From assembly GCA_034226945.1 (NCBI GenBank), contig CP120462.1:372001-436000 (forward strand): a stretch of DNA of 64,000 nucleotides. The letters are read 5' to 3'. Made by a program: the position numbers and the translations under genes. The notes below the pieces were generated by a model. It ran no database searches, had not been told where the DNA came from, and was given only the letters and a program-made list of their open reading frames with translations. This DNA is from Picochlorum sp. SENEW3. Taxonomy: Eukaryota. How positions within the stretch are numbered: position 1 is the first letter of the stretch; each line of letters opens with the position of its first letter. Of this stretch, positions 1-9,903 are shown one piece after another.

Positions 1-340
1 AAGCGCCAGAAAATTTTACACACAAGTGCTGAAGTGTCCGTTGCCAGGAGCAAACTTTATCACACATGTGGCACGCTTGGAACAGTCATTGCTCCACAGC
101 AATTCATCGGATGCTTTATCAATAGATGCAGTGAGGCATATTTATACAAGTGGAACCAATATATATGGGTCCTCGTCAATCAAGTTATGGTTGGACTACT
201 ATCTCTTTGAAGTCAGTCTCGGCAATCGTGGTAATTGTGGAATGGTTCATTGGAAGGCAAAGGAATCCTTGGATGATGCAGATGCTTTCATCACCGAATG
301 CCACATGACTGTTGAAAACATGTCCCTCACAAAATGGTAA
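1..340 (+). CDS. UTP6: 3' end of a U3 snoRNP-associated protein 6 (UTP6)-like HAT-repeat gene, truncated by the window start
   Basis: C-terminal segment KLWLDYYLFE..G.RGNCGMVHWKAKESL..ADAFI resembles the UTP6 C-terminus (LWxDY..E....G...G.vyWRAxk.L...F). Confidence 0.6.
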   Translation, partial: SARKFYTQVLKCPLPGANFITHVARLEQSLLHSNSSDALSIDAVRHIYTSGTNIYGSSSIKLWLDYYLFEVSLGNRGNCGMVHWKAKESLDDADAFITECHMTVENMSLTKW

Positions 341-362
341 ACGCAATATTGTAATATCAAGG

Positions 363-1088
363 TCACAATTCTTCTTCCTTTTTCACATGTTCTGTCTTGA
401 TGCCTGCTTGCTTCATTTTGGCCTCCACACTTGGGCTCCTTCTCCTTCTCCTCCTCCTGCTGCCGCTTCTACTCCTCCTTCTACTATATCTACGATATCT
501 ATACTCATCATCGTCATATGACTCTCTATACCGTCTTCCTGATCTATGATCATCGTATCTATCGTATGAGCGACTTTGACTGTCTCTCCTTCTCCTTCTG
601 CTCCTACCATCATCATAGCCATCATCTCTTCTTCTTCCTCTACCTCTATATTCAATGTCTCTTTCTCGATAGCCACCATCTTCCGGAGGCTCGTGTTTAA
701 CCTCTTGCACAAAAGCCTTCGGAACTCCAGTCTCAGAAGAAGATGCATCAATCAACAGAGTCCACAGCTCTTTCACAAATACACCAGTGTTCTGCTCTAA
801 AAACCCAGTCAATGATATATAAATTCTTCGAGGATCTAAAGTCTTCTTATTCTCCACCATATCGATGATAAAATTGATTAAAATGTCATCTTCCAAACCA
901 CCTAGCAACTCCGTTGTTCTCTTTGCAATCCAGGGCTTTATTGACTCCCATTGTACCTTTGATAGGTCGACCTTTTTTCTAACTTCGAGAGGAAACTCTT
1001 TATTCAATGATTTAAGCTGTCGCTCCTCTTTGTTGGAAAATCGAGAATCCTGCTCTGCAGAAGTTCCCCGAAACTGCCCACCAGACAT
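363..1088 (-). CDS. PWI-domain RS-rich splicing factor (SRm160/SRRM1-like)
   Basis: MSGGQFRGTSAEQDSRFSNKE start, PWI motif IKPWIAKRTTELLG.EDD, LTGFL...FVKELW, RS/RD-rich tail; ATG at 1088. Confidence 0.9.
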   Translation of the reverse strand: MSGGQFRGTSAEQDSRFSNKEERQLKSLNKEFPLEVRKKVDLSKVQWESIKPWIAKRTTELLGGLEDDILINFIIDMVENKKTLDPRRIYISLTGFLEQNTGVFVKELWTLLIDASSSETGVPKAFVQEVKHEPPEDGGYRERDIEYRGRGRRRDDGYDDGRSRRRRRDSQSRSYDRYDDHRSGRRYRESYDDDEYRYRRYSRRRSRSGSRRRRRRRSPSVEAKMKQAGIKTEHVKKEEEL

Positions 1089-1133
1089 TAGTTCCAACTC
1101 GTTCTTCTATGTACATAAATAAATAAACAATAT

Positions 1134-3293
1134 TTATATGTGCAGCTTGACGGACGCAATGTCACTTTGAGAAAAATCAATTCTCAAATTTAGCATCTGC
1201 CTGACATCAAGACTGGTGAGTTTCCATGCTATATTTGAATCTCCAATCAAGTCTGTCGCTTCTGCTGCGGTCTCTACACCCAAAACAGTTGCTATTTGCT
1301 GTAATCTAGAGAATTTGTCACGCATTGATACTGTGGTACTCTCAGAAAGACCGATGATGAGCGATCGCACATCCTTCTCCAACTGTAGGCCACCCAACTG
1401 GCTAAACTGTTTTTGTGCAACAGAGGCCTCCATTCGCGACACAATCTTATCGACCGACGATTCAACGACTTTATCATATAACTCGGGGGATAAAATGTTT
1501 TGTAACCAGGTGAATGCTTGCTCAAATGCCTGGATGAGGGACACACTCCACCCGTCATTGACTGCTTCGTCATCAGAGAGTTCGTAACTATTCGCTACGA
1601 ATGCATCGAGTATTGGTCGCAATTTCGACATGATTGATGTACTCAATTGCTCTGTCGCCTGCTCGGCCAATTTTTTCATATCAGCTGAGGTCTTGCTTAG
1701 ATCTGCCAGCACAAGTCGCACTCTTTCATAATCGTTGCTTGAAGATGCAAATACTCGCCCAGCAATGTCGTCCAACTGAGCCCGTAATTTATCAATATAC
1801 GATGCACTTAAATCTACATCATTCATGATGATGGCATACTTGTCTGCATTAGGATTGTATTTCTCTTGCTGTGAAGAGGGGGCACAGGATGCCAATTTTG
1901 AGGGACACCCTTGCAGCTTTTTCACCAAACTCGATCGGTACAATGAGGAAATGACAGTGTTAATCTGATTTAAGATTGCAACAGCAGAAGGAGCTCTACC
2001 GGTAGACAGTGCTCTTTTCCCTGACGACAACAGGATATAAAACGAATCATCCACCATGGAACTGGTCAAAGACCCATGGACAGCCTCATCAATCTCAATG
2101 GCTTTGCTGACACTCTCCTCAACATAATATTCTTCTAAAGAAATATAATAACTTAATATCTCCCTCAGCGACGATCCAAAGTCTCCTCCTCGAACAGATG
2201 TTTCCAACGACGGAGACACATCATTTGGTGCAGCAGCATCAGCCATACATTGCAGCACAAATTGAATATACTCTTCTCCTCTTGTACACATGACCAAGAG
2301 ATCCATCAACAGAGGCTCGACCTTCCTCGCATCAATCAATGTATCCTGAGTCATCGAACCATCTATCCTATTATTGATTTGGGAACACATCTTCACCAGC
2401 CCCTTCTCTTCAATAAACCTCTTCAACACTCGTGTTCCCCGAACATCAGCCTCTTTGTGGAGTGCATGCACTCCCTCAAGCGCATACTCTGGACCAAACG
2501 CATCCCGCATCACCTCAACATACTCATCGATACTCTGAGCAACATCCTTCAACACATTACTCAATGCATCCACATAGGTGACTTTAGCCCCTGTTAGTGA
2601 AAAACCATCCACCAATGCATCATACTCTTGCTGTGCTCGAGCCCCCACCAAACCACCAATGTACTCTTCTAAATACTTCAAACCCTCCTTTTGAAGCCGT
2701 AATGGACCAAACATCTGTACATATGTGGTGAACATATCGTGATTCTTCCCTTCCATAGCCTCTCTTGTCTTTTCCCTAACACGCTCCTCACATATTTTGG
2801 CGTATCGCTTCATCATTTCCCTCTGTTTCTCCATCTCCTCATCCTCACCACCTGATTCTTCAACAATATCCCAGAACTGCGACACACATCCCACCGCCAC
2901 ACCAACATCATCCGCATCTATTGCCTTTTTACACCCATCAATAGCCCGGACCCTGTCCTGTATCCCATCAATACGTCTCAGCGCCTCCCTCACCCTCGAC
3001 TGCTTCATATCGACATTTCTAATCTTAAAAGATACCGCATCAGCCATATCCGCAGTCTCCCGTGTCGTTCTACTCAACTCATGAACCCCCTCCAAAGCTT
3101 TACTGAGTCGATCTGCAGTCACCTGCTGCAACCGCGTTGTCACAGACTCTAGTACATCCTTCCCTTGACTCACAAGCAATTCTTCCAACTCCTCATCGAT
3201 TTTCTGCTCCGTCGCAACGGTCTCTCGCAATAATCGATCCACATCTGCCAGAGTTTCAATTTGGGCAGTCACTGTCGCCCGTGGATGCGACAT
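1134..3293 (-). CDS. COG4: Conserved oligomeric Golgi complex subunit 4
   Basis: 719 aa; SSMVDDSFYIL and C-terminal FSQLGGLQLEKDVRSL...RDKFSRLQQIATVL motifs. Confidence 0.9.
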   Translation of the reverse strand: MSHPRATVTAQIETLADVDRLLRETVATEQKIDEELEELLVSQGKDVLESVTTRLQQVTADRLSKALEGVHELSRTTRETADMADAVSFKIRNVDMKQSRVREALRRIDGIQDRVRAIDGCKKAIDADDVGVAVGCVSQFWDIVEESGGEDEEMEKQREMMKRYAKICEERVREKTREAMEGKNHDMFTTYVQMFGPLRLQKEGLKYLEEYIGGLVGARAQQEYDALVDGFSLTGAKVTYVDALSNVLKDVAQSIDEYVEVMRDAFGPEYALEGVHALHKEADVRGTRVLKRFIEEKGLVKMCSQINNRIDGSMTQDTLIDARKVEPLLMDLLVMCTRGEEYIQFVLQCMADAAAPNDVSPSLETSVRGGDFGSSLREILSYYISLEEYYVEESVSKAIEIDEAVHGSLTSSMVDDSFYILLSSGKRALSTGRAPSAVAILNQINTVISSLYRSSLVKKLQGCPSKLASCAPSSQQEKYNPNADKYAIIMNDVDLSASYIDKLRAQLDDIAGRVFASSSNDYERVRLVLADLSKTSADMKKLAEQATEQLSTSIMSKLRPILDAFVANSYELSDDEAVNDGWSVSLIQAFEQAFTWLQNILSPELYDKVVESSVDKIVSRMEASVAQKQFSQLGGLQLEKDVRSLIIGLSESTTVSMRDKFSRLQQIATVLGVETAAEATDLIGDSNIAWKLTSLDVRQMLNLRIDFSQSDIASVKLHI

Positions 3294-3520
3294 CCTGGAC
3301 CACTATTATACCCCTAAAGTCTATAATTTGGTATAAAATCAACACGTGACCCAAGCAAGGCTCTGCATTGGTGGCATCGTCATAGCATTCGGTAAAGAAT
3401 GAATTGACTCGATCAAAGATCTTCTTTGATGGGACGCATGCACCCTTGTGTACCCTACCTCCATGAAACCCATCTACTGTACCCCACGCTGCATGGATTC
3501 AGTCCTAAAATACATTCAAT

Positions 3521-5072
3521 ATGACGGATGGTGATCAGATTGGTGCTACACCTCGCCTAGGTACGTGGGTTTATTGGGTTATTCATAGACATCGACCGTG
3601 GAGCAATCATCTTTTCTGTCTGTCGTAATGGTTTGGTATCGATGGTCCCTGATATTGATTATGTTGCTATAGAGTATAAAACTGTGGGGGGTGTGGCTGG
3701 TCCTTTGGTTGTGGTGGAGCGGGTGAAGAATGCCAAGTATGCAGAGATTGTGAACATTCGACTGGGGGACGGGAGTTCACGACGTGGACAGGTTCTTGAA
3801 GTGGATGGAGACAGAGCAGTTGTTCAGGTTTTCGAGGGCACGTCGGGTATTGATAATCAGTCGACGGTGTTGGAGTTTACTGGGGATGTGTTGAAGACAC
3901 CTGTTGCCAAGGATATGCTTGGGAGGGTATTCAATGGGTCTGGGGAGCCTATTGATGGAGGGCCTGCGGTGATGGCGGAGCATTATTTGGATATTAATGG
4001 TGCCTCTATCAACCCGGCGGAGAGGACGTATCCAGAGGAGATGATTCAGACTGGTATATCGACTATTGATGTGATGAATTCGATTGCCCGTGGTCAGAAG
4101 ATTCCATTATTTTCTGCAGCAGGGTTGCCGCATAATGATATTGCTGCTCAGATTTGTCGTCAGGCTGGTTTAGTGCAGCATGGTGGTGAAGAAAAGGAAG
4201 GAGAGGACTTTGCTATTGTGTTTGCTGCCATGGGAGTGAACATGGAGACGGCTCACTTTTTCAAGCAAGATTTTGAGGAGAATGGTTCTATGGATAGGAC
4301 AGTCTTGTTTTTGAATTTGGCGAATGATCCAACGATTGAGCGTATTATTACCCCTCGTATTGCTCTGACAACAGCAGAATATTTGGCATATGACTGCGGG
4401 ATGCATGTGCTTGTGATCCTGACGGATATGTCTTCGTATGCTGATGCATTGAGAGAAGTATCTGCTGCGAGAGAAGAGGTTCCAGGACGAAGAGGATATC
4501 CAGGATATATGTATACAGATCTCGCAACGATTTATGAAAGAGCAGGGAGGATTGAAGGAAGGCCTGGATCTATCACGCAGCTTCCGATTCTGACAATGCC
4601 TAATGATGATATCACGCATCCTATTCCTGATTTGACTGGATATATTACAGAGGGACAGGTGTATGTGGATCGTCAATTGCATAATCGTCAGATTTATCCA
4701 CCTATTAATGTGTTGCCTTCTCTGTCTCGTTTAATGAAGAGTGCTATTGGGGAGGGCATGACTAGGAATGATCATTCGGAGGTGTCTAATCAGTTGTATG
4801 CGAATTATGCAATTGGTAAGGATGTGCAAGCAATGAAGGCTGTGGTGGGAGAGGAAGCTCTTTCGCAGGAAGATCTTTTATACCTTGAATTTTTGGAAAA
4901 GTTTGAGGATGGGTTTGTGAATCAGGGATCCTATGAGAATCGAACTATTTTCGAAAGTTTAGACTTGGCATGGAGCTTATTGCGCATGTTCCCTCGTGAA
5001 CTGTTGAGGCGTATCACAGCAAAGACGCTTGATCAGTACTATGATCGAGAGGACACTCAGAATGATGCGTAA
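3521..5072 (+). CDS. VHA-B: V-type H+-ATPase subunit B; predicted intron 3561-3672
   Basis: [35 protein letters not shown]; splicing restores the conserved PRLEYKTV N-terminus. Confidence 0.97.
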
Positions 5073-5123
5073 TTTGTCGTCTAGATACCATTAATATTTC
5101 TGTAAGTTTTGTCTTATACATGT

Positions 5124-8035
5124 TCAAGCATACGTTACTTTTTTCCCCATGTTTTCTGATGGAACTTCGAGCGTTCCATCCCGGAATCTCTGGTAGATGG
5201 ATTCTAGCCTGCCCTTCTCAACTTGGGACACAGATGGCCTTGCATCATGCATCGACTTTTGAATGTGATCGTTTTTGATGCATAGGCTATCTTTGCTGTG
5301 GTTGTTGGTGTCCTTCTCTTCAAGGGCTTCGTGAGCAGCGTTCAGTTGTGCATCAGCCAAAAGGGCTCCCAAGTCTGCACCTGAAAAATCTTCAGTGGTT
5401 TTGGCAATCTCATCGAGGTCCACGTCATCCGATATTTTGAGATTTCGAGTCAACGAGAGCAATATTTCTTTTCTGTCTGAGATGGATGGGAAACCACAAT
5501 AGAGCATTTTATCCAGTCTCCCTGGTCTCAATAATGCAGCATCAATCAAGTCAGGTCTGGATGTGGCACCAATGACTGCAACACCTTTCAGTCCTTCTAC
5601 TCCATCTAATTCCGTGAGGAGTTGATTCACCACACGATCGCTCACCCCTGTATTATCATGTCCTCTTTTTGGAGCAATGGCATCGAATTCATCGAAAAAT
5701 AGCACGCAGGGTGCTGCAACAGCTGCACGCTGAAAGACATCCCGTACACCTGCCTCTGAAGCTCCAATGTATTTGTTCAAAAGCTCTGGTCCATTGACCA
5801 CTATACAGCGTATATCAGCAGCTGCAACAGCCGCAGCAACAATATGCGTTTTGCCGCATCCAGGCGGTCCATATAGGAGAGATCCAGTCTGAAGTCGAAG
5901 AGGAGCAGATGCTATCAAGTCAGGATAGTGCAGTGGTAGTTCCAACGACTCCTGCAGGGCTTCTTTCACATGCTTCATACCCCCAACATCTTCCCAACCT
6001 TCGATACCAGAATGGATCTTTTTCTTTGTCCGAGAGCCCCACATGGCAGCGGGAACCATGCCATGGACAGCATTCTGCAAGTCATTTCTGGATATTTTGA
6101 GGGGGAAATTCACCATAGCTGGCTCATTCTCGTTTAACCAATGCTCTGCAAGTGTTCTATTGAAGCTGACAGAAATTATACGTTCTACCAGAGTATCAAT
6201 ATCAGATCCATCAAAGCCATCAATCTCTGGACCAATGGATGTCAGGTCAGATGTCTGGGCAACTGCATCACGTTCTGCTATTCCTGCTGCAAGCATAGCC
6301 AGTCTACTGTTTAGATCGGGTGACTTCAAATTCAATACCGTATCAAATCTACCAATGTGTCGCAAGCATTTGGGCAATTTGGAAACCTGTTTGCATGTAG
6401 CTATAAAGACAATAGGAGCCCAGCTACCACAATTGTTGATGGATGAATCTCCTAGAACTTTCCATTTGTCGCCAGCCTTGGTCACAACATCCATTCCTTC
6501 ACAGAGAACCCTCACCAATTGTGTTATATCTGGATCCTGCGGAACTTCATGTCCTGTTTCGTCTTGGGCTGGCTGACTAAGTGCCACATCCAAATTATCT
6601 AGAACGATGACTGATGGGGCATTCTTTGCAGCCCAAGAAAATGAGTAATTTAGCATGGAGAAGAATGATTTCGGAGATACCACACTCCTACAATCAATAT
6701 ATTTCGTCGCGGCTTGTACATGTCCTTCATGGTGAAGTACATTGCACAGTGATTTCACCAAGGCTGTCTTGCCACTTCCTTGTGGTCCTTCAAGCAAAAG
6801 TCCACCTCTTCGAGGAGAGCCCCAATATTGTAAAACAGATCTGCACTTATCACTTAGAATAGGAAGAGCAAATTTCAAGCACTCTTGTAGGGTATCATCA
6901 TCGCACGGCATTCTTTTTATCACTTCATCAACTGGATCCTTGGTCACATTGATCTGTGAAAGAGGAGCAGAGTTCGACCTCCTCAGGTAATTCTCCATGA
7001 ACAATGGAGGAAAAGATTTCATATTGAAAGGCTTGATCTCTACATGCTGAAAATTTTGAATGCCGTGGCGTTTCAGCACGGATGAAAAACTTTTTGGGAA
7101 AACAGCATGTCCATTGGGCAGACTCTTGATAGTGCAAACACGTGCCAACATGTCAGTTTTGAATTTGGCCCCAGAACGCACCCCGACAATACTGCCGCTC
7201 TCAATTAATGAACGATTCTGTATTTGTTCAAGTGTACTCGAAGAGATATACACTCTTGGTTCACCATCAGGGTTGTCCTGGTCTCTGACATTGTCCAACA
7301 CAGATACCCGCAGCAGGACAGGAGCAGGTGTAGCCTCATCTTTTGAGGGATCTTCGGACGCTTTTTGTCGAGGTCGAGGTGCTATTGAAACTTCGGTTCC
7401 CGCTACAAGCCGTACCACATCTTGATTTGGGTCCGTTGCTGTGATCTTTAGTGCAATCATCTGTCCTTGTATCCAAATTGGCAACGACCTATGGACACTC
7501 ACCACACCGCATTGCTCCAGAAGACGACTCTCTATATCGTTCGCATTCAATTCTACTACTTCCCAATCATCAGAGGATGCCGGCTCAAGAGTAACAGTGT
7601 TGGCCACATCGACTGCTGAGAGTGGTGTCAGCATAACAGATGCACCCTCTGGTATGTGCAACAGCATCCCAAGTCTCGATGATATACTCACCTTTCCATT
7701 CTGAGACACAGATCCAGACCAACCAAGATAATGTGGAGCTCCAATAGGTACTCCTGGTCCGGCAAACAATTGCAATCGAAAGGTCAGAGGCAAATTTCCT
7801 TCACTCAGTAGCCTGCCTGCCAAAGACGGGGGTAAGCCGATCCACGAAGAATGCTCTCCATGATCATACTCAACAGTCAACCTGGGTTACAATACAATAA
7901 ATTAAATTCAATGAAAACGCTTCTCTGTCTTCTGTGGACACAATCAATACAAAAAGGGTGTCGTTTGAAATAGAAGAATTCGCACCTGTGCTCGGACCCT
8001 GTCGACTCAAATCCAACAAATTCATCCGTAAACAT
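5124..8035 (-). CDS. PEX1: Peroxisome biogenesis AAA ATPase PEX1; predicted intron 7882-7985
   Basis: N-domain EPASSDDWEVVELNA, D1 Walker A GPQGSGKT, D2 GPPGCGKT, GHDNTGVSDRVVNQLLTELDG. Confidence 0.93.
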
Positions 8036-8254
8036 TATTTATCAGGTAATATTTAATTTTTCGAGGGTTACTGATGAGCGCAGTCCACGTTAGTCAACGT
8101 GCTCCAAGATTTCCCCCTTCAAAATGCAGGCATGATGCCAGGCTGGTGGGTTGAGATTGTGCAAACAGCCGTGCTATTGGACTTGTTGATTTCATACAGA
8201 TTTCTTTACATGCGGATAGAGTACCTTTCAGATACTAGCGCTTTATCAACGGAA

Positions 8255-8262
8255 TTTGAATT
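8255..8262 (+). repeat. Left copy of 8-bp direct duplication TTTGAATT (putative target-site duplication of repeat copy 1)
   Basis: TTTGAATT at 8255-8262 and again at 9590-9597, abutting both ends of the region shared with copy 2. Confidence 0.65.
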
Positions 8263-8355
8263 CAATAACTGATCAAATGTATCTATGAAATAACCAATTG
8301 GTTGCAACCAATCAATCAGGAGGGGGTTGGGTATCAATCTTGTCCAGCCTCTGGA

Positions 8356-9096
8356 TCAACGCCTCGTGGCGCCTGGATCTGTGTCATTCTCGAACATATA
8401 GGCCTCCTCGGCCAGGGCATGCAGCATGGAGAAATCTGCTTGTGCCGGGTAGGAGAGAGATGATGATGCCCTTGTGGTTACCTTCTTGGCTCCTTTCGTG
8501 GATCTTTTCGTGGATCTTTTCGTGGATCCTTTCGTGGATCTTTTCGTGGATCGCTTCTTGGATCCTTTCTTGGGCTCCTGCTTGGGTGCCTGCTTGGGTG
8601 CCTGCATGACTACGAGTGTGGTATCGTGCTTGAGGGACTGCAGTATTGTGGCAGCTTCGCCCACTCCAATCTCCTTCTTTGTCTGGCACAGCCTCAAGGC
8701 TACCCTTGTGTCCTCCTCGTCCCTGACGTCGTACTTTGTCCTCCTGACTCTCTGTCTCTTTCTTGCTGTCGGTGGTGTGAGCTCCACCATGGCATATACT
8801 ACCTCCTCCTCCACTCTGGTGTGTGCTCCTTCCTCCTCCACTCTGGTGTATGGTACTTCCTCTTCCACTCTGGTATGTGCTACCTGTGTGGAGCACTGGT
8901 CACGTCCTCGCTTGTTGCTGCGTGTCGTCCGTGGTGGTCGAGTCTTTGCTGGAGAGGATGGCACGTCGGTGTGGTCCGGCACGCCCGGGGGCGATGGTGT
9001 CGGGGACACTGCTGCCTTGGCGGGCTGGCCCGTCGTGAGTCTCCTGGCAATTGATCGAGTGATCATCCTTGTGGGTGTTTGTTGCCCCACTCTCAT
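8356..9096 (-). CDS. Repeat-encoded basic, low-complexity orphan protein (copy 1); start uncertain, possibly spliced
   Basis: 258-codon open frame intact in both copies, with an in-frame 12-bp indel; first ATG gives MRVGQQ; no recognisable domain. Confidence 0.45.
   Translation of the reverse strand: MRVGQQTPTRMITRSIARRLTTGQPAKAAVSPTPSPPGVPDHTDVPSSPAKTRPPRTTRSNKRGRDQCSTQVAHTRVEEEVPYTRVEEEGAHTRVEEEVVYAMVELTPPTARKRQRVRRTKYDVRDEEDTRVALRLCQTKKEIGVGEAATILQSLKHDTTLVVMQAPKQAPKQEPKKGSKKRSTKRSTKGSTKRSTKRSTKGAKKVTTRASSSLSYPAQADFSMLHALAEEAYMFENDTDPGATRR
8495..8606. repeat. 12-bp tandem repeats (TTCGTGGATCYT, encoding KRST/KGST, about 5 units) followed by CCTGCTTGGGTG units (QAPK)
   Basis: Directly visible; copy 2 has one unit fewer. 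Confidence 0.85.
8801..8881. repeat. 27-bp tandem repeat x3 (encodes xxTRVEEEx)
   Basis: TCCACTCTGGT core recurs with a 27-bp period; same in copy 2. Confidence 0.85.
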
Positions 9097-9589
9097 CGTC
9101 CCAGTGCTGTCTCTGCACATACACACACACAATCATCCGGAATGAGATGTCAGAACATACAAGGCCAAGGTGACAAGCCCCGGTCCCTCCCTCTTCCCCT
9201 TGGGTACCTGGAGCCACTGGGAAATTCAAAATCCCACAGCGCCAGACGAGGAGGTTGGGTGGTCACGAGTCAATCTCGCATTGGTGGCGTTCCACCCAGT
9301 GGAGCATGCCATTGTATCACAAATGTACTTACTATTGCAAAGGATGTTGCTTGAAACGTACCCGCGTCAGCGTTTGGTCGATATCTTTGTTTTGCTTGCG
9401 ACGGAGCAGTGGTCTCACGTTGGGAGTAGATCTCGTGTACGTTTGCGTCTTTGCTCCTCGCAGTAGGCATAAATAATGTAAATAATTATTCTTTGATGTG
9501 TATTGTTTTGAATAGTTTGGTTCTGCGTCGATTTGGGTGATCGCCGTGTCATGTCGTCAGTTTAAAATTGGGTGGGTGAGGGCGCCACC

Positions 9590-9597
9590 TTTGAATT
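9590..9597 (+). repeat. Right copy of 8-bp direct duplication TTTGAATT
   Basis: Identical to 8255-8262. Confidence 0.65.
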
Positions 9598-9903
9598 TTG
9601 GCAGCCGCTGCACTGCCATTTACAGGCTGTAATGCGCTTCGTTCGTCACCTAGGAGAGGAGTGATATGTCTCACGGCTTTAAAGAAATAAAAGGGGCCTG
9701 TAAATACGCTTATCTTGCTATTATAATCGATTCAGTTCTTGAAAATTACTCATAGAAAACATCTTCTTCCACGTCGCTAGTATCTATCCAGAAGGTTGGG
9801 TTTGCCCGAGCAAGGTAATCTTCTGGACCCCTAAAGGGAATTTATTTCCTGTGTAGCAGGATTACAATATATTGCATAGTGCTTGGCTAATGCTGTGTTC
9901 CAC

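Larger units (their letters stand above)
8263..9589 (-). mobile_element. 1327-bp dispersed repeat, copy 1 (putative non-autonomous transposable element of unknown class)
   Basis: Near-identical to 12109-13423 (6 substitutions and one 12-bp indel seen by eye); sharp homology boundaries; flanked by 8-bp direct repeat; no TIR, no TG..CA, no transposase. Confidence 0.75.

Noticed and set aside
8474..9145. Alternative and antisense ORFs within the repeat (223 aa on +, 170 aa on -)
   Set aside because: They are shadows of low-complexity 12-bp and 27-bp repeats, with no independent coding evidence.
9222..9234. Internal AAATTCAAAATCC matches the reverse complement of copy 1's reconstructed target (12/13), hinting at RNA-guided targeting
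   Set aside because: Copy 2 has the same internal sequence but unrelated flanks, and AATTCAAA-like words recur in other intergenic regions (e.g. 27514, 43902).
9500..9560. Hammerhead ribozyme core (CTGACGA on the minus strand) near the element end
   Set aside because: No stem II followed by GAAA could be found.
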